DNA of 41,820 nucleotides from a virus: UHGV virus genome UHGV-1357484; one strand, 5' to 3'. Shown piece by piece: positions 15,894 to 25,168 of this stretch (position 1 is its first letter; each line of letters starts with the position of its first letter). The notes under the pieces were generated by a model. It saw only the letters and a program-made list of their open reading frames with translations, ran no database searches and was not told where the DNA came from. The position numbers and the translations under genes were made by a program.

Positions 15894-17090
15894 TTGAAAA
15901 AGATTGTTGGGGTTGTTTTAATGATATTTCTTTCCTTAATACTTACAGCATGTGGAAACAAAGTATCAGTAGAAGATTTGAAAGCAAACGATTGGCAAAT
16001 GGATATGGAAGAGAATAAAGAGGATATTAACTTTAAAGTATCTTTCAGTGATCATATCATGACCTGGGCCCCAGACATGTCTACCATGAAAAGCGAGGCA
16101 TCAAATGAGTGGGAAAAGATGGGTGAAGACCTAGGCAAGCAAATAGCAGAAAACATTAAATATAAAGTTGAATACGAATTGAACGGTAAAAAAATCCATC
16201 TTAAGGAAGACGATTTGAAGCTAGATGATGATTATACTATTGAAAAAAAAGATAAGAATATTGTTCTTACTCCTGATAAAAAAGATGGAAAGAAGCTAGT
16301 CTTAACTCCTTATTCAAAGAGGAACACTGAAAAAGAGTCTTCTAATACTAAAACACCTCCAGAAAAGAAAAAAACTGTAGACTTGAACAATTTAATTGAC
16401 AAGTTTAAAAATGATGGATTAGAAGTAAATGAACCTAGAAAGATGACAAAAGACGATTACGGAATGGCACCACTTAAGGCCAAAGAAGGAATGATTTTTG
16501 GTGTTCAACTTGGATCTGACGGAGAATATCAGAATGCGCGTATTTTTTCTTTTAAAACTATAGATGATTTGAACGATACCAAAAAGTATTATGATGACCT
16601 TGGCAAAGAATCATCTATGACTTTTTCCTATACTGCTGCGAATGAGGATAAATTAGTGTTAATGCAGTTCAATGGGGATTTGCCGAAAGAAGTCGTCGAT
16701 AAGTATGTAGATAATGCAGATCTGACCTTAACACCCGTAAGTTTCGATACAAGTTCTCAAGATACGCAAGTTGATAACACGAATAGTTCTACAGATGCTG
16801 CTAGTCCAGAACAACAACAGACACAACAAGAACAAACTGCTCGACAACAGGATCAAGTTCAGCAAACTCAAGACCAACAGCAACAAGCTAATCAACAAAC
16901 TCAACAGGATCCGCAGCAAAGTGACACACAAAATGATGCCAATGCTCAATACGGGACTGTTCAACCTGGCGAAGGACCTCAACAAATCGCTGGGCGATAT
17001 GGAATTTCTGTCGATGAACTATTCGATGCAAATGGAATGGATAGAAGCAATTTCTATTTTGATCCAGGTCAACAAATTCGAGTTAAATAA
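15894..17090 (+). CDS. LysM-domain lipoprotein (lysogenic-conversion moron) with a Gln-rich low-complexity region
   Basis: TTG start after an AGAAGGGG RBS. Signal peptide MKKIVGVVLMIFLSLILTAC with lipobox. C-terminal LysM (YGTVQPGEGPQQIAGRYGISVDELFDANGM). Two TGGTAAAAT extended -10 elements lie at 15789-15797 and 15846-15854. Confidence 0.65.
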   Translation: MKKIVGVVLMIFLSLILTACGNKVSVEDLKANDWQMDMEENKEDINFKVSFSDHIMTWAPDMSTMKSEASNEWEKMGEDLGKQIAENIKYKVEYELNGKKIHLKEDDLKLDDDYTIEKKDKNIVLTPDKKDGKKLVLTPYSKRNTEKESSNTKTPPEKKKTVDLNNLIDKFKNDGLEVNEPRKMTKDDYGMAPLKAKEGMIFGVQLGSDGEYQNARIFSFKTIDDLNDTKKYYDDLGKESSMTFSYTAANEDKLVLMQFNGDLPKEVVDKYVDNADLTLTPVSFDTSSQDTQVDNTNSSTDAASPEQQQTQQEQTARQQDQVQQTQDQQQQANQQTQQDPQQSDTQNDANAQYGTVQPGEGPQQIAGRYGISVDELFDANGMDRSNFYFDPGQQIRVK

Positions 17091-17094
17091 ACAA

Positions 17095-17135
17095 AAACAC
17101 CCTCCACAACCTTAGGTGGTTGTGGAGGGTGTTTG
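17095..17135. terminator. Bidirectional intrinsic terminator between the convergent lipoprotein and endolysin genes
   Basis: Perfect 14-bp stem CACCCTCCACAACC-ttag-GGTTGTGGAGGGTG, flanked by an A-run and a T-run. Confidence 0.75.
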
Positions 17136-17137
17136 CT

Positions 17138-18214
17138 TTACTTAATATCGTGATACCAGCGAGTTTCATAGAAATCTTGGAAACCACCAGCTGTGTTACC
17201 TTTTGGATCGTTTGTCGCACGCATCAGCGCAATGACTGAATGTCCTTTAAGCGGAGCTAGGTCAAATTCTGTTTTGAATCCGACTTGATCATAAGACAAC
17301 CCGAATGCTTTTTTGACATCTGGACGAGCAATTGGTTTCACTTCTTTTCTAGCCAGTTCTTTGTTTTTCACTCGATCCATAATAATGATAAATTCGTGAT
17401 TGGAAATTGTAGTGTGCCAACCTTCTACAACGAGCTTAGTTCCCACTGGTCCAAATCGGTCTAAATGAGCTTTGTTTTGTGGAAACTTTGGATCTTGAAG
17501 AATCGAGTATCCTCCACCAGCTGTCGTTGGATCTACTGAAGGTTTAGAAGGAGCCGGAGTGCTTGGTTTTTGCGTACCACCAGATGATTTGATTCCAGCA
17601 TATGCATCCCAAGCCTTCTTATCACCGTAAAACACATTCAAATCTAATCGGCCATTCCAACCATTCAATCGACCATTTGATGTGTATTGATACATCGCTG
17701 TCGATTTCCAGTAAGGAGAAGCCGAAGGATTGGGCTGAGAGTAACCTTGTGGCGCATCAGATCCGTAGTTAGCTACCCATAAACCATAATCTGCATTCGC
17801 AATGCTGCTAAAGTTGTAGCTGTTCAAAACGGCTGTATACGTATAAAACAATGGTTTCACACCTGTTTTACTTTGCACATGATCTAACCAAGCTTTCGCC
17901 CATGCGACATCACCTTTATTGTCAGATTCCCAATCTAAAACGAGAATAGCCTTTCCGATATATCCTTGAACATTCTTCAAGAAGAAGTCAGCTTCTTGTT
18001 GTGCTGTGCCTTGAAAGCCCAACTCATGTGCATAATGGTAGACAGCTACTTTTTTTCCACTTTTAATTGCTTGTTGAAAAGCTCGATCGCAATCAGGGTT
18101 CACATAGCCAGTCCCACCGGTCGCTTTGATAATGACAAAATCCGCTGCAACACCATTTGTACCTACATTGATTCCTGATTGCCAGCTAGCAATATCAATT
18201 CCATTCAATGCCAT
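17138..18214 (-). CDS. Endolysin: GH25 muramidase N-terminal domain, Pro/Thr/Ser linker, C-terminal cell-wall-binding domain
   Basis: GIDIASWQSGINV...DFVIIKATGGTGYVNP is the GH25 signature. The linker is GGTQKPSTPAPSKPSVDPTT. It sits at the end of the late operon, after the holin. Confidence 0.85.
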   Translation of the reverse strand: MALNGIDIASWQSGINVGTNGVAADFVIIKATGGTGYVNPDCDRAFQQAIKSGKKVAVYHYAHELGFQGTAQQEADFFLKNVQGYIGKAILVLDWESDNKGDVAWAKAWLDHVQSKTGVKPLFYTYTAVLNSYNFSSIANADYGLWVANYGSDAPQGYSQPNPSASPYWKSTAMYQYTSNGRLNGWNGRLDLNVFYGDKKAWDAYAGIKSSGGTQKPSTPAPSKPSVDPTTAGGGYSILQDPKFPQNKAHLDRFGPVGTKLVVEGWHTTISNHEFIIIMDRVKNKELARKEVKPIARPDVKKAFGLSYDQVGFKTEFDLAPLKGHSVIALMRATNDPKGNTAGGFQDFYETRWYHDIK

Positions 18215-18624
18215 TATTTATCCTCTCCTTTATCGTTTTTGCTTCTTATTTGTAAAAAAGCATCCTTGATTTGATCAGGGAAGTTAATGAAAGCTGAAAT
18301 GTTTTCTAAAAAGCTAATTCCTTCATTTGCTAAATAGAACATGATCACAATTTCCCTCAAAGGAATTGAATCACCAATAACCTTCTCCACTTCCACTGCA
18401 ACTGCAATGACAACAAAAATCAAGACCTTTTTAATCAGTCCGATAAAACCAATTCGACTGCTAATTTCCTTCAAATTCCATGCTTTCAATAATCCTGTTA
18501 AATAGTCCACAATAACTAAAGCAACAAGCGCGTGCAAAATAGCATCCATCCCTCCAAGCCAGCTAACAATGACACCACCTAACACCCCTGTAAAGACGGA
18601 TGCTGCATTCAAATATTTATCCAA
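18214..18624 (-). CDS. Holin (phage_holin_4 / LL-H type)
   Basis: 136 aa with 3 to 4 hydrophobic helices and a charged C-terminus (KNDKGEDK). It overlaps the endolysin start. Confidence 0.7.
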   Translation of the reverse strand: MDKYLNAASVFTGVLGGVIVSWLGGMDAILHALVALVIVDYLTGLLKAWNLKEISSRIGFIGLIKKVLIFVVIAVAVEVEKVIGDSIPLREIVIMFYLANEGISFLENISAFINFPDQIKDAFLQIRSKNDKGEDK

Positions 18625-18684
18625 AGTTATTTGCCCCTCTCAAAAAAATAAGAAGCATACCCAACAAGATATGCTTCCACTTAC

Positions 18685-18810
18685 TTATTCAGCTAATTCT
18701 GGTAAATCCATGTCAATCAAGATTTGCTTCACTTGATCTTTCGCCGCTTGTGGTACTTTTGCAAAGGTGTAATTCCCTTTGATAATTAACGTTGCTAATA
18801 CTACAGCCAT
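18685..18810 (-). CDS. XkdX-like small phage protein (41 aa)
   Basis: MAVVLATLIIKGNYTFAKVPQAAKDQVKQILIDMDLPELAE. GGAGGTGG RBS. Confidence 0.5.
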   Translation of the reverse strand: MAVVLATLIIKGNYTFAKVPQAAKDQVKQILIDMDLPELAE

Positions 18811-18847
18811 TAGTTCCACCTCCTTCCTGAGTAACAAAAAAGCTATC

Positions 18848-18961
18848 CTATTTCTTATCATTTGCAGCAAGGATAGCTTTGACTTCTTTTTTGAGTTCAT
18901 CAGGTACTTTGTCAATTTTCATCACACCTTTTTCGACTAACGAAGCGAACACTTTTGCCAT
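18848..18961 (-). CDS. XkdX-like small phage protein (37 aa), a paralog of the downstream gene
   Basis: MAKVFASLVEKGVMKIDKVPDELKKEVKAILAANDKK. GGGAGGG RBS. It is not in the ORF track because it is under 60 aa. Confidence 0.5.
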   Translation of the reverse strand: MAKVFASLVEKGVMKIDKVPDELKKEVKAILAANDKK

Positions 18962-19281
18962 TATGCATTCCCTCCCATTACTATTCCATAAACTTCAGCA
19001 AGACCTATCTGTGTATTAGTAACATCTGCTTTAGTTTCTTCAAGCTCTTGTTTAAGAGCTTTGTTCTCTTCTTGTAATATTTCTAATTCTGATGGCCCGC
19101 TCAAGTCTTCAATTTGTTGATTATGTTTTTCTTCGTCTAAAACGGCGATTCCATTTTCAACTTTCACGCATCCAATCAACCCAAACAACTCTTCTGTTAC
19201 ATCAATTTCATTATATTGATTATTGGCAATTGTTGACCATGAATCGATATATCCATCTCTTACTTCAACATACGCTTTCAA
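18961..19281 (-). CDS. Hypothetical tail-fibre-associated protein (XkdW-like position) with a C-terminal coiled coil
   Basis: TTG start after a GGAGGG RBS. The track ORF extends to 19320. Confidence 0.45.
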   Translation of the reverse strand: MKAYVEVRDGYIDSWSTIANNQYNEIDVTEELFGLIGCVKVENGIAVLDEEKHNQQIEDLSGPSELEILQEENKALKQELEETKADVTNTQIGLAEVYGIVMGGNA

Positions 19282-19292
19282 AATAATCCCTC

Positions 19293-19700
19293 CTACATCA
19301 CAACAATTCGGCGCAAACACATATTACGACGATTATTTTTCTCATTTTCAGCATGTCCGACAAGATTTGTTTTGTTGATCGTAAATGTTTTTGACGTATT
19401 TACTAAGGGGACATCTTGAGAAATTGTATAAATTGTCTCTAAAACTGCCTTTGGATAATAAATAATAGTTTGACCATACCCAAGACGCGTGCCTCCATCC
19501 GGATTGTACCGCTCAAATATCAACGCGATCCCTGTTGTTAAATCGTCTTGAGAATAGGTGTGACTATGATTATTCGTGAAATATTGCGCACCATCAAAAA
19601 TAACTTTCCCTTGACTAACCATTTTTTCAAGAGCAGAAAAGTTTGATTGAATTGTTTCTGCTCCATTTTGCATGCCTCTGTATATTTGTGCTAAGGCCAT
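19293..19700 (-). CDS. Hypothetical tail/baseplate protein
   Basis: 135-aa ORF in the fibre module. Confidence 0.5.
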   Translation of the reverse strand: MALAQIYRGMQNGAETIQSNFSALEKMVSQGKVIFDGAQYFTNNHSHTYSQDDLTTGIALIFERYNPDGGTRLGYGQTIIYYPKAVLETIYTISQDVPLVNTSKTFTINKTNLVGHAENEKNNRRNMCLRRIVVM

Positions 19701-19712
19701 TTACTAATCCCC

Positions 19713-20153
19713 TCACTTTACTACGATTTCCATTGACCGATTATTGTCAATGATTAAATACTTATTTGTTTCAATTAGAACTGCAGTTTTATTGTTCATG
19801 TGATACGCAGCATCAACTTCCAATACTCTGTTTGTTCCACTAATGGTGTTTTTCTTAATAGGAACATCTACTGGTGTCGAACCCCCAAAACTAGAACCCG
19901 ATGCCAAACCGCTTGTTTCTATTCCAATTGGATCCACACAATATCTCACCGAAATAATTTCTTTGATCGATGGGATTGTTAGCCTGCCATTCGTTACCAC
20001 CGTGACACTATTCGACTTAGCTGACTCATCCGCGCCATCTGTTTCTGTTATCGAAAAAACATAGGTGGTGGCCGGAATTAGATCCGTTAAATTCGCGTAT
20101 AGTAGTGAAACGTTTGCTTTTTTAGAGCTTCCTTGATAAATGTTAAAGCTCAT
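19713..20153 (-). CDS. Tail fibre/decoration protein with an N-terminal fibronectin type III-like domain
   Basis: LIPATTYVFSITETDGADESAKSNSVTVVT is paralogous to the N-terminus of the adjacent 20158..20661 product. Confidence 0.55.
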   Translation of the reverse strand: MSFNIYQGSSKKANVSLLYANLTDLIPATTYVFSITETDGADESAKSNSVTVVTNGRLTIPSIKEIISVRYCVDPIGIETSGLASGSSFGGSTPVDVPIKKNTISGTNRVLEVDAAYHMNNKTAVLIETNKYLIIDNNRSMEIVVK

Positions 20154-20157
20154 GGGG

Positions 20158-20661
20158 CTACACCCCTTTCACCCACGTCAACTTCACAGAAGTAGCGGTC
20201 ACGTCGCTTGCAGCCAAAGTCGTCGGTGTTTTTACGATAGGTGTTACTGTCACATCACAAGTTGCTACTTTGCCATTATGAGCAGTTGCAGTAATTTTAG
20301 CTGTACCAGACTTCAAACCAGTAATTAGCCCAGCAGTAGATACGCTGGCAATCGTTGGCGCACTTGATGTCCACGTAATTGTTTTATCTGTCGCATTTGT
20401 CGGATCAAAAGTAACAGACAGTTGGAAAGTTGAACCTTTCGCAATAGATTTTGTTGAAGCATTTAAAGTGATCGAATTTACAGCAATAGATCCTGTTGTA
20501 AATTCAACTGCCGTACTTTTCGCTGATTCATCCTCTCCATCCGTTTCACTTACCTGAAAGGTGTACGTAGTGTTGGGCGTCAAACCTGTAATTGTTGCAG
20601 TAAGCTCCGATACTTCTTTTAAAAATGTGCCATTACGATAAATCTTGTAACTAATTGCCAT
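20158..20661 (-). CDS. Tail protein with FN3-like and Big_2 (bacterial Ig-like) domains
   Basis: TGLTPNTTYTFQVSETDGEDESAKS (FN3-like) and ITWTSSAPTIASVSTAGLITGLKSGTAKITATAHNGKVATCDVTV (Big_2-like). Confidence 0.6.
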   Translation of the reverse strand: MAISYKIYRNGTFLKEVSELTATITGLTPNTTYTFQVSETDGEDESAKSTAVEFTTGSIAVNSITLNASTKSIAKGSTFQLSVTFDPTNATDKTITWTSSAPTIASVSTAGLITGLKSGTAKITATAHNGKVATCDVTVTPIVKTPTTLAASDVTATSVKLTWVKGV

Positions 20662-21790
20662 TGATTACTCCTCTCTTCCACTTCAATTGAACCGTGGAAT
20701 CATCTTTGATAAACAATTCCAGGTTTTCTGGAATCCTAAGAACTTCCGTTTGTCCATCATTAATATACGCCTTAGTAATATTCGCAGCTGACATAGTGAA
20801 GCATAGTGTTTTGTTTCCTTCAATAATCAGCAATGTGTGCTTATCGTGAACAACATAATCGCCCTCATTTAATGCATAATAAAGCGGCATTTCGACATGA
20901 GTTTTTTTACGATCAAAACTTAATTGAGTTGGAACATTGTAGATCGTTCCACCACCAAAGTTTCCGGATGTATCAAGCCCGTCTGTTTCTGTACTAAGTG
21001 CATCATGATAATAGGTAACTTTCACTTCTGGCTGATACTCCGAATCATGTTCGATCGTAATTTTATTTCCCACAGCAATATGCTTATATACAATCAAATC
21101 AAGTTGGTACTTAATCTTCTTATAGATGTATTCAAAATCAGCAAGCAATCTTTCTTTAATTGAGTCATGTCGAACTCCTTGTAAATCAACACGCGCATCC
21201 ATTAACTCAGCAAGCATAATCCCGCCTGGATCGATTGATTTGAGAATATCCTTAATCGATTCAAACCAATTCAAGTAATCACCTTGTTGCGCATCACGCC
21301 AAGCTTCAAACTCTTCTTTTCGATCCTTCATCCATTGATCAAAGTCGCCCTTGCCTTTATTGATGTACTCTGTCATGTCTGCCAGCAAATCCTCGATTGT
21401 TTGCCAATAGCTGCCCATTTCACCTTCAGTCTTTGAAACGGCACGAACAACAAAGTAGGAGAAGTCTTGTGTCGTTGCGATCACATCTTCTCCTTTTACA
21501 ATTTTGAAATTTGCTGTTTGTTCATGGATCATTTGCATAGTGTATTCATCGAAGGTATATTGGATCCTTCCGTTCTTTGCATCGATTATTTTAGCCGCAC
21601 GTTCAACAGCGTACTTGTTACCCAATAATGCTTCAATAAATACTTTACATTGAGAAAGGTTCATTGGTTTACTGTTCTCAGTAAGGACAGCTTCCATTAC
21701 TTCCGAATTTCTATTTCCTTGCCGTACATTGATGATTCCGATGTAGTTATAGGGTTCGGTTGTACTTAATACGACGTTCCATTTTGCCAT
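20651..21790 (-). CDS. Baseplate upper protein (BppU-like) / receptor-binding module
   Basis: 379 aa. The N-terminal region resembles the BppU N-terminal Ig-like domain. It lies between the CHAP protein and the fibre genes. Confidence 0.5.
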   Translation of the reverse strand: MAKWNVVLSTTEPYNYIGIINVRQGNRNSEVMEAVLTENSKPMNLSQCKVFIEALLGNKYAVERAAKIIDAKNGRIQYTFDEYTMQMIHEQTANFKIVKGEDVIATTQDFSYFVVRAVSKTEGEMGSYWQTIEDLLADMTEYINKGKGDFDQWMKDRKEEFEAWRDAQQGDYLNWFESIKDILKSIDPGGIMLAELMDARVDLQGVRHDSIKERLLADFEYIYKKIKYQLDLIVYKHIAVGNKITIEHDSEYQPEVKVTYYHDALSTETDGLDTSGNFGGGTIYNVPTQLSFDRKKTHVEMPLYYALNEGDYVVHDKHTLLIIEGNKTLCFTMSAANITKAYINDGQTEVLRIPENLELFIKDDSTVQLKWKRGVINGN

Positions 21791-22335
21791 TAAATTATCA
21801 CATCCTTTCCTGCATCTTCCATCGATGCCTGTCCATGAATAAAATCAGTTGGTTCACCACTAAAATCCGGCGGAATGATTACCGAAGCAATGGTTTCGGT
21901 ACCGTAAAAGTAACGATCATACTCGGCAACAATCTCGCCGAGCTCACCTTTCTGTTCGTATGTTTGAATCATATCGTTATCTAACCCTCTGATTACAGCA
22001 CAATGACCGTACTCTTCGTGAGTAGTGAAATCATCGCTGATCTTAACATTACGCTCAAAACAAAGAATTGAACCAACTTGTAAATCTTCATATCCTGGAT
22101 TATTAATTACAGACCATCCATATTCCGCCCACTTATAAGCTATTCCGATATCAGAAGCCGAATAAATCAACTCGTCATCAATCGGGTCTAGTTGATCGAA
22201 ATACGTTCCTCCACCAAGATCAGGACCACACAAAATACCGCTAAACTCGGCGACCACAGCGTAACACTGATAATTTCCGATTCCTTGATTCAGTTTAGAC
22301 TTTAGATGATCCAAACCTTTTTTAAAAATGTTCAT
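21790..22335 (-). CDS. CHAP-domain peptidoglycan hydrolase (virion-associated)
   Basis: Catalytic Cys context NYQCYAVVAEF and His context EYGHCAVIRG. It lies directly after Tal. Confidence 0.65.
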   Translation of the reverse strand: MNIFKKGLDHLKSKLNQGIGNYQCYAVVAEFSGILCGPDLGGGTYFDQLDPIDDELIYSASDIGIAYKWAEYGWSVINNPGYEDLQVGSILCFERNVKISDDFTTHEEYGHCAVIRGLDNDMIQTYEQKGELGEIVAEYDRYFYGTETIASVIIPPDFSGEPTDFIHGQASMEDAGKDVII

Positions 22336-22345
22336 AGAGCCCCTC

Positions 22346-25168
22346 CTATTTCACTGCTCTAGCTAGGCATCTGTCTCCTCCTAAAAGAGATCCAAATGAA
22401 TACCCTATAGTTGAGATATTGACACCGGTTTTTCGGCTGTCACCGCCCATTTGAATAATCTGGGTGTCGTTTCCTCGATAGTTCTCTAATAAAATCGCCG
22501 TGTGCCCATTTGCACCTGCACCTCCACCAACGTTGTAAATCACCACATCACCAGCACGTGCTTCATTCTCGTTAATTTCTTGGAACCAATTATGAGTACT
22601 CCTAGCATCACCAGCCATACTTCCGGTATACCATTGCATATTAGCAGGTACTCGATAACCAGCTTTGGCCAAAACAAGCCACACGTATCCAGAACAGTCA
22701 GTAACACCATTCCGATCTGGATTTGCAACCGACCCTATATAGGCTTCTCCATGAATAAGCTGATAGGTAAAATATCCGAGTAAACTTTTTGCAACTGAAA
22801 CAATGTCAGAATTTGCTTGTGGTATCTTCAAGTCTTTGAACTTGTTATACCAATAAACTGCATATCCTTGTCTGTCTGGATGTGCAGTAGCTGGACGCTC
22901 AAAGTTATTCTCAAATGCATAAGCTGCTTGTGATGGATCAGTTAATGCTTTGAACCCTGCAACGGTGGTTGGGGCTACTTTACCAATCCATTGACCATTT
23001 GAGTTAGCCCAATCAACCAATCTCATTTGAGCGGCCATTGTCTTGTAATCATCTGTAATTCCTGCAGCTCTCATCAAGTTTTGAACATATACACGCCCAT
23101 TATATGTTGCAGGTGGAACTAGCGGATATGCTGAACCATCGAACTGGATAGCACCGTACGCTGGGCCGCCAATTTGGTCAGTGTCAGGATTCATACTCGG
23201 ACCAGCTTCGCCATTGATATTTCCAAGAATACCGGCGGCGGCCGCTTGAGAATATCCCAAACTCAACAACATCACCCAAGCTTGCCAAGCAAATTTTTCA
23301 GCATCTGTCTGAACTTCCGGTGGGTATTGACCATTCCAACCATTTCCTTGTCCGCCTGTGGAACCAGAGGAACCTCCACCTTGACCTGGGAAGACCTCAC
23401 GCCCACTCAACGTCAGCTTTCCTTTTATATCAACATCCTTATAAATCTGTACTTTCCCATGAATGTTCATATCCCCAAAATGGATCGTTGTTCCATTTGA
23501 GAGCATTACAAAGCCTTTGCTTTTGTTCGGTGAAATGAGAATGTATTTACCATCACCTTCTGTTCTGATGACCAGGGCATTGTCTGGTATAGGCGTGGGC
23601 GTACTTGCGTCAGGGAAAGGATTGCCAGCGCTGTCCGTTGTTCCAATAGTGCCTATTTCTTTGCTACCACTCCAAAACTGCATCCCCTTCTTGGTTAGTT
23701 CCATGATTTTCTTCTTGTTATTCCAAATTTGAAGCAAGCCTTTAACCAATTTGAGCGTGTCACCAGTATTACTAAAAGAATTCTCAAACACATCAGCTTG
23801 GATAATTCCCGTTTTAATAAAGTTGGCGTTAAATATGCTATCCAAAGTCCATGCTGAATTAAATGGTCCGTTCCATCCGTTTTTTGAAAAGGCAATACCA
23901 TTTTTATTCATTCTAAGAACTTCTTTAGCCTTGTTCAGATCTGGATCATCCATGATAAAAATATTAGATGGTTTTTCTTTTGGCCACAAAACAACATAAC
24001 CACCAGCACTGCCTTGGCCGGTTATCATTGATGAAACATAATCATTGAATCCGCTCATGTAGTTATTGGTGGCATAGTCTTTTAATTTATCCTGAATCGT
24101 TATCGCTTGCTGCTGATAGAAAGCAACTTGTGTGTCTCCGGCTTCTAGTTTCAAAGTCTTCTCAGAAAGAGAATCATATTGAACCCCACTAACAGTGGAT
24201 TCAAAATATAGTTTGTATTTCTTGTGGTAAACCTTAAACGTATCAAAAAGACCATAATTTCTGATCTTGGCAAACTCTTTTGCTTCTTCACTATCAGTCA
24301 ACTTATCAAATTCGATTGTGATTGATATTTTAGGTTTATCACATCCTGGATTGATCGACTTAAAATAATTCTTTGCTATATTATTTAAACTTTTTAAGTC
24401 CTTCGCTCCCTGTTCTTCTGTAAACTGAACATGTTCGGAATAAACATCTGGATAATTATTGATGAACTCGCTATCTACTGTTGATCCGTAAATACGATTA
24501 GATGTTCCTTCAGCACCTTGAGCATCAACATATGGAATGATTCTTGTCTTAACACCTGTCCAATCCAATTTTACTTTCAGTCCGGATAAGTCTTTTCCGT
24601 ATCTGATAGTTCCAACATTATTGCGCCCTCGTCGTTTCAACAGTGATAGCTTAAATGGCTCTCTCTTTATTTCACCGCCCCAGAATTGGAGCAATGAACC
24701 TTGTTCACCAGCAATGCAATTCAGAACGTTTCTAGCCTCAAATAGAGTGCTTGAAACGGTCGTATTGTCGGAGTACAAGCGAATATCAGATTTCTTATCC
24801 ATGTTGTTCTCGATAATGTTCATCGCTTCTTGCGCCGTTTTTGAATCAACTTGCGCGGTAGTCACTACTCGACGCCCTAAACGATTTGTTCGTGATTGTG
24901 CATAGATTGTGACGGTATCCATGAAAGTATCAATATCTTTGTCATCGATAAAAAAGATATGATACTCTTCTTGATCATTAGGTTTTGCCTTAATCTGATA
25001 ATCATTTTCGAAATATTCATCAAACCGAGTTCCTAATGGATATTCCAATTCGAGTTCGTACTTCCCATTAGCTACTTCATAGACTTCACATCTAGAACAA
25101 TCCGAAAGTATACCAAGACCATTGTTTGAAAAATCTGTTTCGGAAGGCTTATAAATCCTTGGTTTCAT
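22346..25168 (-). CDS. Tail-associated lysin (Tal): prophage tail endopeptidase N-terminus, Gly-rich linker, phage-tail lysozyme-like domain and C-terminal NlpC/P60 peptidase
   Basis: 940 aa after Dit. Gly linker GQGGGSSGSTGGQGNGWNG. Lysozyme-like segment AWQAWVMLLSLGYSQAAAAGILGNINGEAG. NlpC/P60 Cys-His pair in TDCSGYVWLVLAKAGY...GHTAILL. Confidence 0.8.
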   Translation of the reverse strand: MKPRIYKPSETDFSNNGLGILSDCSRCEVYEVANGKYELELEYPLGTRFDEYFENDYQIKAKPNDQEEYHIFFIDDKDIDTFMDTVTIYAQSRTNRLGRRVVTTAQVDSKTAQEAMNIIENNMDKKSDIRLYSDNTTVSSTLFEARNVLNCIAGEQGSLLQFWGGEIKREPFKLSLLKRRGRNNVGTIRYGKDLSGLKVKLDWTGVKTRIIPYVDAQGAEGTSNRIYGSTVDSEFINNYPDVYSEHVQFTEEQGAKDLKSLNNIAKNYFKSINPGCDKPKISITIEFDKLTDSEEAKEFAKIRNYGLFDTFKVYHKKYKLYFESTVSGVQYDSLSEKTLKLEAGDTQVAFYQQQAITIQDKLKDYATNNYMSGFNDYVSSMITGQGSAGGYVVLWPKEKPSNIFIMDDPDLNKAKEVLRMNKNGIAFSKNGWNGPFNSAWTLDSIFNANFIKTGIIQADVFENSFSNTGDTLKLVKGLLQIWNNKKKIMELTKKGMQFWSGSKEIGTIGTTDSAGNPFPDASTPTPIPDNALVIRTEGDGKYILISPNKSKGFVMLSNGTTIHFGDMNIHGKVQIYKDVDIKGKLTLSGREVFPGQGGGSSGSTGGQGNGWNGQYPPEVQTDAEKFAWQAWVMLLSLGYSQAAAAGILGNINGEAGPSMNPDTDQIGGPAYGAIQFDGSAYPLVPPATYNGRVYVQNLMRAAGITDDYKTMAAQMRLVDWANSNGQWIGKVAPTTVAGFKALTDPSQAAYAFENNFERPATAHPDRQGYAVYWYNKFKDLKIPQANSDIVSVAKSLLGYFTYQLIHGEAYIGSVANPDRNGVTDCSGYVWLVLAKAGYRVPANMQWYTGSMAGDARSTHNWFQEINENEARAGDVVIYNVGGGAGANGHTAILLENYRGNDTQIIQMGGDSRKTGVNISTIGYSFGSLLGGDRCLARAVK

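Noticed and set aside
16728-17115. ORFs on both strands (16728..16985 minus, 16771..17115 plus) within the Gln-rich part of the lipoprotein gene
   Set aside because: Low-complexity CAA/CAG repeats keep alternative frames open. Only the lipoprotein frame has a signal peptide, an RBS and a LysM domain.
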